Positions 1 to 9,697 are shown, counted from the first letter of the stretch. The stretch is DNA of 64,000 nt from an uncultured Clostridia bacterium (GCA_947593925.1 CANQDU010000006.1:41938-105937), one strand, 5' to 3'. Numbers and translations: made by a program. Notes: generated by a model not told the origin, from the letters alone.

Positions 1-556
1 CGGTGTTTTCTGCGCTCAGCCGTGCGATGTCCGTCTGTCCCTCCGTGGCGGCCGCTATATCGCTAAACGGAGAATCCACAATATCCACCGGCGTACCGAG
101 CGACGCCTGCGTGTACCGCCTCCATTTTCCTTCACCGGCATATTTCTCGACGTAGCCCTCATAGTCTCCGGCTCGGATGCCGCCCAGGTCTTCCGCCACG
201 ACTTCACCGTTCGAGTAGCGCTCCGCCGTAAAAATCACGGGGAACTCCGCCTCGAACACAAACTCAAACTCGTAGTCAATAAGGCTGTAATAGGTCGCCC
301 GGATATCCGTCGGCTTCAGCACGTCGATGTCTCCGGAGCACTCGCCGAGCGTCGCCGCGACCGAGTTTGCGGAGAGATCGCATATCGCCGCCGACATCCC
401 AAGCTCCTCACTGTCGGAGGAGGGAAGGACTACGACGGTTGGGTCGGACTCCGGCGTCGGGGAGGCAGACGGTTCCACGCTCAGGGTGGACGAGCACCCG
501 GAAAGAAGCAGCGCCGCCGCGAGAAACACCGATACAAGACACAGCAAATTCTTCAT
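1..556 (-). CDS. Lipoprotein, partial (C-terminus lies beyond the window edge); paralog of 2730..3794
   Basis: Manual reverse translation from the ATG at 556 gives MKNLLCLVSVFLAAALLLSGCSS (signal peptide plus lipobox), with GGAGG about 10 nt upstream. It shares ATLGECSGDxDVL and EFEFVF..AE.PV.F motifs with the 2730..3794 product. It is absent from the ORF track because it runs off the window. Confidence 0.75.
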   Translation of the reverse strand, partial: MKNLLCLVSVFLAAALLLSGCSSTLSVEPSASPTPESDPTVVVLPSSDSEELGMSAAICDLSANSVAATLGECSGDIDVLKPTDIRATYYSLIDYEFEFVFEAEFPVIFTAERYSNGEVVAEDLGGIRAGDYEGYVEKYAGEGKWRRYTQASLGTPVDIVDSPFSDIAAATEGQTDIARLSAENT

Positions 557-574
557 AATAAATCGCCTCCTTCG

Positions 575-2491
575 TTATTTGCCGCCCTGAAGCAGCGCCA
601 GCGGCGGTCTGCGCCCGATCTGCCGGAGCCCGGCTTCCGCAAACACAAGCAGCAGCGCGAGCACTCCCGCACCGTACGGCAGCGCCGAGAGCGGAGAAAC
701 GGAGACGCTTATCGCGCCGCCCGTCGCCTCGGCGAGCTTCAAGGCTATGTCCGTCACGATGCTCCGCATCGTGAGCATCGCGGCGGCACATCCGACCGCC
801 GTCGCGGAGACGCCGAGTACGAACAGACCTATGAGCAGGGAGCGGTTCGCGCCGCGCGACGGAACGCCGAGCGCCCGCATTATCCCGTACTCGTTTTTCC
901 TCCGCAGGATGAACAGATACGCCGTGAGCGCAAGCGACAGGAGGAGCGCCGCCGCCATGGCGATAAAGCCGATGAGCGCGCCGGTGCGCATCGTCCGAAG
1001 CGTTCCGTCTATCCCGGCGTAACCCATGTCATCTATCAGGAGCTTATAGCCAAGCGCTTCAAGCCCGTCTCCGAGCTCGCTTTCGATTGCGGTCACGTCG
1101 CCCGGAGATCGCAGTTCAAAGCCGAAGGTCGAGGGAAAGCAGAGAGGCTCGGTCTCGCTCGGCCACGGGTAGGTTTCCTCCGGTACAAAGACGGTGTTCC
1201 GCATATACCTGAGTGCGTCGGTATCTGCGCCGGACGCGGCGGCGCCATCCTCACGGGGCGGCTCCGACCAGATACCCACGACCTCGTAGGTGACGCTTTT
1301 CGGCTCAAATCCGTACTCCGTGCGCGGAGCGCCGAGGGAGAAGTACGCATCCGGGTAGTACGCTTCCCGCGCCAGAACCTCTCCGCCGTAGCCCATGGTG
1401 TCCGGCTCTACGTCAAATGTTATCGTATCACCGACGCCGAGGCCGTTTCTCTCGGCATATTCGGCGTTTATCACGCAGACGCGGCCGGCGTCCTCGGGGG
1501 AAATCATTCTCCCGTCCGATATGTAGAGCGAGCCGTCGTGAAAGCGCGGAAGGAGAGACATATCCGAGGTATACACCAGCTCCTGCGTATGCTGGTTCCT
1601 GTCCATCATCCGCACAAAGTCGTTGTCGAGGTAAGCGGAATAGTCGTCCGACCCGGTCTGTTCCTCCTGCTCCGTCAGGTCTACGAGGCGGAACGGAAGC
1701 GTCCACGGCCACGGCGGAACGCAGGTCGAGTCCTGCATCAGACATGAGCCGTTTTCTATGGAGGTGCCGGGGTACGGCTCAAGCACCATCAGGTATCGGC
1801 GCCCGGTCTCAATGGAGTCGTACTCACCGTCGCCCGAAAACCCGGTGAGCGCAAAGGTATATTCGGGCTCCGCCATGGCGGGGACGTTGCCCCACTCGCG
1901 GACTTCAAACTTGGGGGTCACACCCTCGGGGTACAGCTCCGCGTCGCCCGCTATGAGCCGTTCCACCTCATAAAAGGTGAGACCGTATGTCACCTGCTCG
2001 ACGCCGTCCACCTCCCTTACCACCTTCGGACCGGCGAGGCACTTTACCTCGACCACCGCGCAGTCAAGCCACAGATCCTCCTCCGCGCTTCTCGCCGCCG
2101 GTTCGGTCGCGTTCTGCTGCCCCTCCGGGATAATTCCTCCGGCGACGTGCCGTACACCGCCGCCCTTCACATACTCGGAGGACAGCACGAGATCCCGCGC
2201 CTCATTATCAATCGGGCAGTAGTATTGCAGCGCGTCCATGTAGGCGTCTCCGTACAGGGCTTTGAGTATGGACGGGTCAGCGGAAAAGAAATCCAGATAC
2301 TTCCGCTCGGTGCAGACGAGCGTGCCCACGGCGGTGTAGTGCTCCTCCACGTTTGAGATCATGCGGTTCGTGGCGGCGTACTCCATGCCTCTGCTCACAA
2401 ACGCGAAGGACGTCGCGGCGAGCAGAACAAACGTCACAAGCGTTTTCAGCGGCGAGCGGAAAAGCGTGACTACAGAGAGTTTAGGACGCAT
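575..2491 (-). CDS. FtsX/MacB-family ABC transporter permease (single N-terminal TM, large ectodomain, C-terminal 3-TM FtsX block)
   Basis: 638-aa ORF. It has an N-terminal TM (LKTLVTFVLLAATSFAFV) and a C-terminal FtsX-like block (LFILRRKNEYGIMRALGV plus two further TMs). It ends 18 nt upstream of the lipoprotein gene. Confidence 0.8.
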   Translation of the reverse strand: MRPKLSVVTLFRSPLKTLVTFVLLAATSFAFVSRGMEYAATNRMISNVEEHYTAVGTLVCTERKYLDFFSADPSILKALYGDAYMDALQYYCPIDNEARDLVLSSEYVKGGGVRHVAGGIIPEGQQNATEPAARSAEEDLWLDCAVVEVKCLAGPKVVREVDGVEQVTYGLTFYEVERLIAGDAELYPEGVTPKFEVREWGNVPAMAEPEYTFALTGFSGDGEYDSIETGRRYLMVLEPYPGTSIENGSCLMQDSTCVPPWPWTLPFRLVDLTEQEEQTGSDDYSAYLDNDFVRMMDRNQHTQELVYTSDMSLLPRFHDGSLYISDGRMISPEDAGRVCVINAEYAERNGLGVGDTITFDVEPDTMGYGGEVLAREAYYPDAYFSLGAPRTEYGFEPKSVTYEVVGIWSEPPREDGAAASGADTDALRYMRNTVFVPEETYPWPSETEPLCFPSTFGFELRSPGDVTAIESELGDGLEALGYKLLIDDMGYAGIDGTLRTMRTGALIGFIAMAAALLLSLALTAYLFILRRKNEYGIMRALGVPSRGANRSLLIGLFVLGVSATAVGCAAAMLTMRSIVTDIALKLAEATGGAISVSVSPLSALPYGAGVLALLLVFAEAGLRQIGRRPPLALLQGGK

Positions 2492-2729
2492 AACGCAGCC
2501 TCCTCCCGCATATCCGCTTTTCCTGCCGCGCGGCTCCGCCGCGAGCCCTTCCGTCCAATCTACTACACGGCATTTTTCGCACCTTCCTTCTTTTTCCCCC
2601 GGAGCGGACGCCTCGGGGGCTTCTGCTCTGTATATCCCACGAGACCCCGTGAAAATCTCGCACGAGACAGAAAAAATTTGATGCCGTTTTAAAAGGTGCG
2701 ATAATATTGCTTCCGTTTGCCGGCGGCGC

Positions 2730-3794
2730 TCAGTCCGTCAGCGTGAGATACAGCGGCAGTTCATAGTCCGTTTTGTAGTCGTCCGTGAATATCGCCGTGA
2801 AGCGGTACTCGCCGCCCGGTTCGGGCGCGGAGAACCCTTGGGAGGAGGTGAGCAGTCCGTCTATGACGTTGCCGCTCATGGTATCTCCGGCGGGACCGCC
2901 CTCCGCCGTCAGGACGCTGCCCTCGATTTCCGTCCACCCGTCCCCGTCGGGCATTTCGAGCGTGCCGCCCTTTGTCAGATTGTAACAGAGCAGCTCGCCG
3001 CTGTTGGAGCGGATGAGCGTATTCAGTGCGCAGAATGTACCGCCGTTCTCCCTGTCGGAGCAGCGTCCGCCGAGCGCCAGAAGGTCGAATGCCCTGTCGC
3101 TTCTCGGTATCGTCACGTCGAAGGTTATTGAAAATAGCCTGTCGCCCGTGGTACAGTTTGCCGCGGTGTGGTCGATGTTCTCACGGAAATAGAGGGTGTA
3201 GCGGTAGATGCCGGGATCCGCAAGCGGCAGCTTCACCTGCACGGTGTTTTCGTCGCTCAGCGCGGGGACGTCCGACTCCTCGGGTGCGTTCGCCTCCAAA
3301 AGCTCGCCGAACGGGTCGTAGGGAACGGGCGTCCTCAGTCCCGCGCCGGAATATCGTGTATAACTTCCGTCCTCCCCGAGCCGTTCCACATAGCCCTCGG
3401 CGTCGGTGCGCTTGATGCTTTCGTCGGGGAGCGCTTCTCCGTCCTGATAGCGGTACGCGCTGAATGTCACCGGCATCTCGGCGTCGAATACAAACTCCAG
3501 CTCATACTCGGGTATGCTGTCATATGTGCCGCGTATCGCCGCGGGCATGAGTACGTCCGTATCCCCGGAGCACTCGCCGAGCGTCGCTCCGACGGGACCG
3601 TTTGAAAGCGTATAATGCTCCCCGACAAGACCGAAGTCGGCGCCCTCGGGCGCGGGAACGACCGTGATAGTCGAGACTGCGGACGGCGTGGGGGACGGCG
3701 GGAGCTCGACGCTCACCGTCGAATCGCCGCAGCCGGACAGCGTCAGCAAAAGTACGGCGGCAAATGCTGCCAATGTGCGGGCTCTAAACCTCAT
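2730..3794 (-). CDS. Lipoprotein of unknown function (paralog of 1..556)
   Basis: I chose the internal ATG at 3794 (MRFRARTLAAFAAVLLLTLSGCGDS, signal plus lipobox), preceded by GGAGGTA. The longer track ORF, extending to 3929, overlaps the upstream permease. Confidence 0.75.
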   Translation of the reverse strand: MRFRARTLAAFAAVLLLTLSGCGDSTVSVELPPSPTPSAVSTITVVPAPEGADFGLVGEHYTLSNGPVGATLGECSGDTDVLMPAAIRGTYDSIPEYELEFVFDAEMPVTFSAYRYQDGEALPDESIKRTDAEGYVERLGEDGSYTRYSGAGLRTPVPYDPFGELLEANAPEESDVPALSDENTVQVKLPLADPGIYRYTLYFRENIDHTAANCTTGDRLFSITFDVTIPRSDRAFDLLALGGRCSDRENGGTFCALNTLIRSNSGELLCYNLTKGGTLEMPDGDGWTEIEGSVLTAEGGPAGDTMSGNVIDGLLTSSQGFSAPEPGGEYRFTAIFTDDYKTDYELPLYLTLTD

Positions 3795-3811
3795 AAAAAA
3801 TACCTCCGTTT

Positions 3812-5677
3812 CTATTTGCCGCCCTGAAGGAGCGAGAGCGGCGACTGCTTTCCGATAATGTGCAGACCTAACGATGCGAATGCCGTCAGCAGGAAAAGAG
3901 CGCCTACCCCGAAAGCTGCCGCATGCCACGGCGAAAAACTCACACTCGCGGCTCCGCCCGAGACCTCCGCCATCGATGCGGCCAGCTTCACGGCAAAGCC
4001 GCGAAGCATCAGCGCGCCTCCGGCACAGCCCGCCGCGTCTGCTGCGGCGGCAATCGGAAGAAGACCCGCGAGCAGCGAACGTCCCGCCCGTCCGGCGGGC
4101 ACTCCCAAGGCTCTCATTATCGCGTACTCGCCCTTCCTGCGAATGATAAACAGATAGTTTATCAGGACGAGCGAGAGCAGCAGCGCCGCACTCATGGCGG
4201 CAAAGCTGACGGCGGCGCCGGTCCTCATGGAGCGGAAGGTCATCTCCACGCCGGAGTATCCCATGTCGTCTATTGCAAGCCTGTACCCGAGTTCTTCAAG
4301 CCGGCCGCTCAGCTCAAGCTCAAGGCCGCGCACGTCGCCCGGAGACTTCAGCGCGAAGCTGAAGGTCGAGGGAAAGCAGTACGGCGTGACCTCGTCTGTC
4401 CACGGATAGGCGGCCTCCGGCAGAAAGACCGTGTTCGGTGAAAACATGAGGGCGTCCGTGTCCGCCATGCCCTCGATGCCGCCGTCCCTCGGCGGCTCGG
4501 CCCAGATGCCTACCACCTCGCAGGACGTTTGCACCGGCTCGAAATTGCAAGCCGTATACTCTCCGCCGAGCAGATAAAACTCGTTCGGGTCGTATATCTC
4601 GCGGGAAATGACCCTGCCTCCGTATGCCATGGTGTTCGGTGTGGAGGTGAAGTCAACGGTATCGCCAATTTTTATCCCGTTCCGCGCAGCATACTCCGCA
4701 TTTATGACGCAGACGCTGCCGGTGTCTTTCGGGGTTATCATGCGTCCCTCCGATATGTAAAGCGTACCGTCGTGGAACCTCGGCAGCTTCGACATATCCG
4801 AGGTAAAAACCATGTCCTGCTTGTGCGCGTTTACCTCCGTTATCCTGCCGTATCTGTCCTGCATCATATAGGCGTAATCCTCGGGGCTCACCGAACCCTT
4901 TTCCTGCTCTAAAAGCGTAAGGTCGAGCAGACGGTAGGGTATATCCGGCATGAAGTTCAGGTGATGCGGTCCCGTTATCCAGACCACGTCGGCGCCTCGG
5001 AAGCCGGTGGGCGTCAGCGCCAGAACGTAGCGATGGCCTTCGATAAGCTCCTCGTATACGCCTATGTCCGACGCGCGGGGGACTATGTAGAAGGTGTGTC
5101 CGTTTGCCGGATGCTGTCGCCCGTCCTCGCCTATGTAGAATTCCGGCTCCCGGCCGGGCGGGTAGAGCTCCGGGTCTCCGGCAAGCACCTCCTCGACCTC
5201 GTAGAATATCTCGGACTGGTTCGAGCCCTTATAGGTTGTAAGACTTTTCGCTATAACTATCGCGCTGTCGGAGTGCAGGTCGATAATCGACGAGTCCTGC
5301 ACGTTCGGGTACTCCGTTATGCCGCCGGCGACATGGCAGACTTCGCACGACTCCACCCGGTCGGAAGCCGAAACAAGCCGGGCCGCCTCCGCGTCGATGG
5401 GGCAGTAGTATTGCAGCGCCTCCATAGGGCTGTCCCCAAAGGGCAGACCCGCGCCGCTCGGCTCGCGCCCGAAAAAGTCCCTATATCTTTGCTCCGTTGC
5501 GACGAGGGTGCCGACGGCGGAGTACCGTTGCTCGGCCGACGCGAGCACGCTCTCCGTAAGCTCATATTCTGCACCTCTGCTCACAAACGCGAAGGACGTC
5601 GCGGCGAGCAGTACAAAGGTCACGAGCGTTTTCAGCGGCGAACGCAAAACCGTCCACACGGAAAGCCGCGGGTTCAT
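3812..5677 (-). CDS. FtsX/MacB-family ABC transporter permease (paralog of 575..2491)
   Basis: I chose the start at ATG 5677 (MNPRLSVWTVLRSPLKTLVTFVLLAATSFAFVSRG), which follows GGAAGGAG. The N-terminal ~35 aa are nearly identical to the 575..2491 product, and it has the same C-terminal block (RRKGEYAIMRALGV). Confidence 0.8.
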   Translation of the reverse strand: MNPRLSVWTVLRSPLKTLVTFVLLAATSFAFVSRGAEYELTESVLASAEQRYSAVGTLVATEQRYRDFFGREPSGAGLPFGDSPMEALQYYCPIDAEAARLVSASDRVESCEVCHVAGGITEYPNVQDSSIIDLHSDSAIVIAKSLTTYKGSNQSEIFYEVEEVLAGDPELYPPGREPEFYIGEDGRQHPANGHTFYIVPRASDIGVYEELIEGHRYVLALTPTGFRGADVVWITGPHHLNFMPDIPYRLLDLTLLEQEKGSVSPEDYAYMMQDRYGRITEVNAHKQDMVFTSDMSKLPRFHDGTLYISEGRMITPKDTGSVCVINAEYAARNGIKIGDTVDFTSTPNTMAYGGRVISREIYDPNEFYLLGGEYTACNFEPVQTSCEVVGIWAEPPRDGGIEGMADTDALMFSPNTVFLPEAAYPWTDEVTPYCFPSTFSFALKSPGDVRGLELELSGRLEELGYRLAIDDMGYSGVEMTFRSMRTGAAVSFAAMSAALLLSLVLINYLFIIRRKGEYAIMRALGVPAGRAGRSLLAGLLPIAAAADAAGCAGGALMLRGFAVKLAASMAEVSGGAASVSFSPWHAAAFGVGALFLLTAFASLGLHIIGKQSPLSLLQGGK

Positions 5678-5911
5678 ACTTCCACTCTCCTTCCCGGAAG
5701 CGCCGCATACGGACAGCACGAAGAGCGGCGGCTTCCGAATTTGTTCTGCGGTTTTTCGCGTCTCACGGCAGAGCCGCGCTTCCCGCAAAATAGCTCTTTA
5801 CATATAAAGACAACAAAAAGCCCCGCGCGTTGCGCGGAAATTTGCCCGAACGGGGCGCGCCTTGCGCTTTGCCGAGAAGTGCGCTATAATAACCGCAAAG
5901 CCTTTCGGCGC

Positions 5912-6029
5912 GAAATGTGCTCGGGCAATGAATTGCCCTGCGCACCCTTTCGCAATTCCCAAACGGTCGATAGACCGTTTGGGAGCCCTTCCGATTGAAA
6001 TGCTCGGCGGAAATGAATTCCGCCTGCGC
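5912..6029. repeat. Two paralogous hairpin modules flanking a perfect 11-bp-stem palindrome
   Basis: Module 1 (5912-5943) is GAAATGTGCTCG-GGGCAA-TGAA-TTGCCC-TGCGC. Module 2 (5997-6029) is GAAATGCTCG-GCGGAA-ATGAA-TTCCGC-CTGCGC. Flanks and loop are conserved, and the stems differ while keeping base pairing. The central palindrome is CCCAAACGGTC-GATA-GACCGTTTGGG (5958-5983). Confidence 0.5.
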
Positions 6030-6218
6030 GATGTTGCCTGTGGAAACATCAACCGCGCGAACAGGCGCGGACGCCGCTGTCGGCGGCGTAGATGGCCGGA
6101 TGCGGTATGGGTTCGCGGGCGCATTGCCGCCGGGAAAAATAATTTGAATTTATTTCGCCGCTTACACGGCGAAACTCTGCGAGGCATTTGACAATCTGTG
6201 GCATATCGCTTCGCGACA

Positions 6219-6227
6219 TGATATAAT
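6219..6227 (+). promoter_or_regulatory. Extended -10 promoter element (TGaTATAAT) upstream of the sigma-factor gene
   Basis: TGATATAAT lies 63 nt upstream of ATG 6290. The TTGACA at 6188 is 28 nt away, too far to act as a -35. Confidence 0.45.
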
Positions 6228-6289
6228 AGCCGCATATAAAAACGGCGAAAACGGCGGCCTGCTTAAAGCCGCCGCTCGGAGAGGACACA

Positions 6290-6805
6290 ATGGGCAAAGA
6301 GGCACGAAACCGGCAAATTGAAAAGCTGTTTTATGAGCTGCATGACAGGCTCCGCGCCATAGCTCTCGCCTCCCTCGGCGAGACGCTTGCGGAGGACGCC
6401 GTGCAGGAGACCTTCGTCATAGCCTGCCGGAGCTATGACGCGCTGTCCTCAAGTCCGAACCCGCAGGGGTGGATCGTGAACACCCTGAAGCACGTCATAA
6501 TGAAGACCATGCGCGCGCAGTCGCGCGAGGCGCGGAATACCGCGCCTCCGCCCGCCGATGAGGACGGGCATTCGGAGGAGCGGTTCCCGTCCGTTTCGGA
6601 CGAGTACACCTTCGAGCTTGAGGACGCGTTCGTGCGCGCCGTAGGCAGGGACGCTTACATACTTTACCGGGAGCTGTACTTGCTCGGACTGCCGATAGAG
6701 GAGGTCGCCCGCCGGCACGGGCTGACGGAGGACGCCTGCCGGAACCGCGCCTATCGGACAAGGAAGAAGCTGAAAAAGTTTTTTGAAGACGGACAAGATT
6801 TTTAG
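6290..6805 (+). CDS. Sigma-70 family (ECF-like) RNA polymerase sigma factor
   Basis: 171 aa. It has a region-2-like segment (DAVQETFVIACRSYD) and a C-terminal region-4 HTH (LPIEEVARRHGLTEDACRNRAYRTRKKL). The RBS is GGAGAGG. Confidence 0.75.
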   Translation: MGKEARNRQIEKLFYELHDRLRAIALASLGETLAEDAVQETFVIACRSYDALSSSPNPQGWIVNTLKHVIMKTMRAQSREARNTAPPPADEDGHSEERFPSVSDEYTFELEDAFVRAVGRDAYILYRELYLLGLPIEEVARRHGLTEDACRNRAYRTRKKLKKFFEDGQDF

Positions 6806-6844
6806 GCGCCGCGCGGGGATATATACAGCGAAGGAGAGGCATTC

Positions 6845-7987
6845 ATGAGCGAAGAAAAACGAGACTTCTCAAAATACGATAAAATGAGCACCGAAGAGCT
6901 GAAGGAAGCCCTCCGGCACTGTGTTACGCAGTCCGACGGCGACGCCGATGCGGAGCTGTATATTGCAGGGCTTGTCGCGGAGCGTGAAAAGCGGGAGCAC
7001 CCGGAGAGGTACCCGGACGTCGGGGACGAGTGGGAGCGCTTCAAGACACTCTATATACCACTTGCGGACGAAACGGACGGGGAACGGGAGACCCCCGAGG
7101 TCAGCGCAAAGCCGCGGAAGTACCGCCGCAGGATGAGCATCGGGCGGAGGATAGCCGTCAGCCTCGCCGCGGCGCTACTGCTGTGCGCGGCGCTTGTGGG
7201 TACGGCGCTTGCGGTGAACGAGGATCTCCGCATAGCGGTATACAGGAGCCTCGGCAAGCACGCGTGGTTCGAGAGCGCCCGCGCGGATATGCTCGAGCGC
7301 GCCCGGATAAACGAGTTTCCGAACAAGGTCGCGCTCTGGCTGTATGACGAGCTGGAGAGAGAAGGGCTTTACGGCCGCGACTCGGAGACCGGCGAGCAGA
7401 GCGTGCTTTCCGTCTACCCTCTCGAATGGTCGGACACCGAGGGCGTATATGCGGGTCTCGTGTCGGTCATCGGCTTATCGGACGACCCCGAGGCGGGCGG
7501 CGTCACCGAGGAGGTATATATCGTAAAGCACACATGGACCGGCTACAAAATAACCGGCAGGTTCGGCTTTGAGCCGCCCGAGGAGGGCGAAAATATCACG
7601 CTCGGTAGGATAGACGATACGGACTATACGCTCATATACGGCTGCTTTGGCGGCGACGAACGCCTCTATCGGACGCTTGAGGACGGGACGAAGTCCTCCA
7701 CGCCCGTATTCAACGCAATTCAGTTCTCGGACGGCTCGCTTGTCGAGATGAGGACGTTCGGCAAGGATGTCGTGCGGGACTGCGGCGTGACGTTTGTGGC
7801 GATAGCGTGGGGGGATCACCGCGACGCCGACGTGACTGATCTTGTCGAAGCGGATAACTGGATATCGGGTATCGACGGACATGCCCCGACCGAGGATGAG
7901 CTGCAAATGCCGGAGTTCAGGCCGACAATCGTCCGAACCTACACCGAGACGTTCGGAGAGGCGCTCCCCGAGCCGACGGTGCCGTAA
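6845..7987 (+). CDS. Single-pass membrane protein, putative anti-sigma factor (position and topology only)
   Basis: 380 aa, beginning 40 nt after the sigma gene. It has a ~95-aa cytoplasmic N-terminus, one TM (IAVSLAAALLLCAALVGTALA) and a ~260-aa ectodomain. I recognised no motif. Confidence 0.5.
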   Translation: MSEEKRDFSKYDKMSTEELKEALRHCVTQSDGDADAELYIAGLVAEREKREHPERYPDVGDEWERFKTLYIPLADETDGERETPEVSAKPRKYRRRMSIGRRIAVSLAAALLLCAALVGTALAVNEDLRIAVYRSLGKHAWFESARADMLERARINEFPNKVALWLYDELEREGLYGRDSETGEQSVLSVYPLEWSDTEGVYAGLVSVIGLSDDPEAGGVTEEVYIVKHTWTGYKITGRFGFEPPEEGENITLGRIDDTDYTLIYGCFGGDERLYRTLEDGTKSSTPVFNAIQFSDGSLVEMRTFGKDVVRDCGVTFVAIAWGDHRDADVTDLVEADNWISGIDGHAPTEDELQMPEFRPTIVRTYTETFGEALPEPTVP

Positions 7988-8008
7988 AAGCGGAGGGTTT
8001 TCGCTGCT

Positions 8009-8037
8009 TTGAACAGGGTGAAGCAACGTGATATAAT
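8009..8037 (+). promoter_or_regulatory. Sigma-70-type promoter TTGAAC-17-TATAAT with TG extension
   Basis: TTGAAC (8009-8014), a 17-nt spacer, and TGaTATAAT (8029-8037). The predicted TSS (~8044) falls inside the GGAGG preceding ATG 8050, so this is either a near-leaderless mRNA or a false positive. Confidence 0.4.
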
Positions 8038-8049
8038 TCGGAGGAAAAC

Positions 8050-8832
8050 ATGAGCTATCTTGAAGATTACTACAACTCCTACGACGAGGAGGGGCGGCTG
8101 CTCTCCCGCCACGGTCAGGTCGAGTATCTGACGACGATGAAGTACATACGCGAGTGCCTGTCGGGTCTCTCCGAGCCGAACATACTCGAGGTCGGAGCCG
8201 GGACGGGGCGGTACAGCGTGACGCTTGCAAAGCAGGGACTTCGCGTGACGGCGGTGGAGCTCGTCCCGCACAATCTCGAGCTGCTCCGCGCCAAGCTCGA
8301 CGGCTCGGAGCCCATCCGCGCCGTGCAGGGCAACGCCCTCGACCTGTCCTTCCTGCCGGACGACACGTTCGACCTCACGCTGCTGCTCGGGCCGATGTAC
8401 CACCTCTACACTCGCGAGGACAAGCTGCAGGCGCTCCGCGAGGCCGTTCGCGTGACGCGCAGCGGCGGGCACATCCTCGTCGCGTACTGCATGAATGAGC
8501 CGACGGTCATTCAGTATGTCTTCGGTATGAATCACCTCCGCGAGGTGATGGACCTCAACATGATTACCGACGACTGGCACTGCGTAAGCGAGCCGAAGGA
8601 TCTCTTTGAGCTGGTGAGGACGGAGGACATCGCCTCGCTCGACGCGGAGCTTCCGGCGGAGCGGATAAAGCTCGTGGCGACGGACGGCGCGACGAACTAC
8701 AAGCGCGAGTACATAGACGCCATGGACGACGAAACCTTCGCAAAGTGGATGGACTACCACTTCGCCACCTGCGAGCGCGGCGACCTCATCGGCGCGTCGC
8801 ACCACACGCTGGATATTCTGAGGAAGCTGTGA
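8050..8832 (+). CDS. Class I SAM-dependent methyltransferase
   Basis: 260 aa. It has motif I (ILEVGAGTGRYS) and an acidic residue after beta-2 (VTAVELV). Confidence 0.75.
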   Translation: MSYLEDYYNSYDEEGRLLSRHGQVEYLTTMKYIRECLSGLSEPNILEVGAGTGRYSVTLAKQGLRVTAVELVPHNLELLRAKLDGSEPIRAVQGNALDLSFLPDDTFDLTLLLGPMYHLYTREDKLQALREAVRVTRSGGHILVAYCMNEPTVIQYVFGMNHLREVMDLNMITDDWHCVSEPKDLFELVRTEDIASLDAELPAERIKLVATDGATNYKREYIDAMDDETFAKWMDYHFATCERGDLIGASHHTLDILRKL

Positions 8833-8888
8833 CTGTAGCGGCGCAGAAAACGTGAATTGTTGAGTATTGATCGGAGGCGAAACACACA

Positions 8889-9566
8889 ATGGGCACAAAA
8901 GTTGCGGGTATTCACTTTTTGACGCGGGAGCCGGCGAAGCTCCTGCCGGAGTTGGAGCGAAAATTCGGCAAAGCGCCCGAGCCGGGTGACAGGGACAGAG
9001 CCATGATGGCGCTCCTCCGCTCTATGGCGGAGAAGGAGATCCGGGAGACAAGCTCCGACGAGAAGGAGCGGGCAGAAAAAACCGCGCTTCTGGACGCGGC
9101 CATGGAAAAAGCCTTCCGTGAGGCCGAAGAGGATCGCGCGGTGATGGTTCTCCGTCCCGGCGCGGTGAGCCTCTACTGGTACGGCCACATCCGCACGGAG
9201 AACATGGAGCGGGAAGCCAAGGAGTACGCCAAAGCGCTGGGCGTCCCGGTTCTCGGTCTGGGTGTGTACGACGACACTAACGCGGTGTTGTGCGCAGCCG
9301 ACGGCCAGAGCGTCTGCCGAGGACTCTACTGGTTTGACGAGGACGACGTCGAGCCCGCCGACCCGGCGGCTTTCTGCACTCTGCTCGGGTGTGAGGACAG
9401 GACCGAGGCCGTGGTCGAAGCTCTGCAACACAGGGAGGCGGAGCCGATGGTTCGGGCATTGGAGAAGATATTCGGCATCGACCTGTATCTTGACGCGGAC
9501 ATGTGCCGGGAGCGGCGCTGCGAGGAGATTGCTTCATGGCCGGGCGCGGACGTGTTCCGCGTTTGA
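8889..9566 (+). CDS. Hypothetical protein
   Basis: 225-aa ORF on the gene strand with host-like composition. I recognised no motif. Confidence 0.5.
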   Translation: MGTKVAGIHFLTREPAKLLPELERKFGKAPEPGDRDRAMMALLRSMAEKEIRETSSDEKERAEKTALLDAAMEKAFREAEEDRAVMVLRPGAVSLYWYGHIRTENMEREAKEYAKALGVPVLGLGVYDDTNAVLCAADGQSVCRGLYWFDEDDVEPADPAAFCTLLGCEDRTEAVVEALQHREAEPMVRALEKIFGIDLYLDADMCRERRCEEIASWPGADVFRV

Positions 9567-9618
9567 TCGGGCAGGCGAAAACTGGAAAAGTGTCGGGCGT
9601 GCGGGGAGCGGGCACAGA

Positions 9619-9647
9619 TTGATTTTTGCACCCGATTATGGTACACT
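9619..9647 (+). promoter_or_regulatory. Sigma-70-type promoter TTGATT-17-TACACT with TG extension, upstream of the methyltransferase/nuclease pair
   Basis: TTGATT (9619-9624), a 17-nt spacer, and TGgTACACT (9639-9647). It lies ~50 nt upstream of ATG 9698. Confidence 0.5.
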
Positions 9648-9697
9648 ATTATAAAAGAACACGACAATACATATCGAGAGCCGAAAGGACAGGAACG

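Noticed and set aside
6188-6193. TTGACA hexamer as the -35 element of the sigma-factor promoter
   Set aside because: It lies 28 nt from the TATAAT box, far outside the 16-18-nt window. The TG-extended -10 is more likely to act alone.
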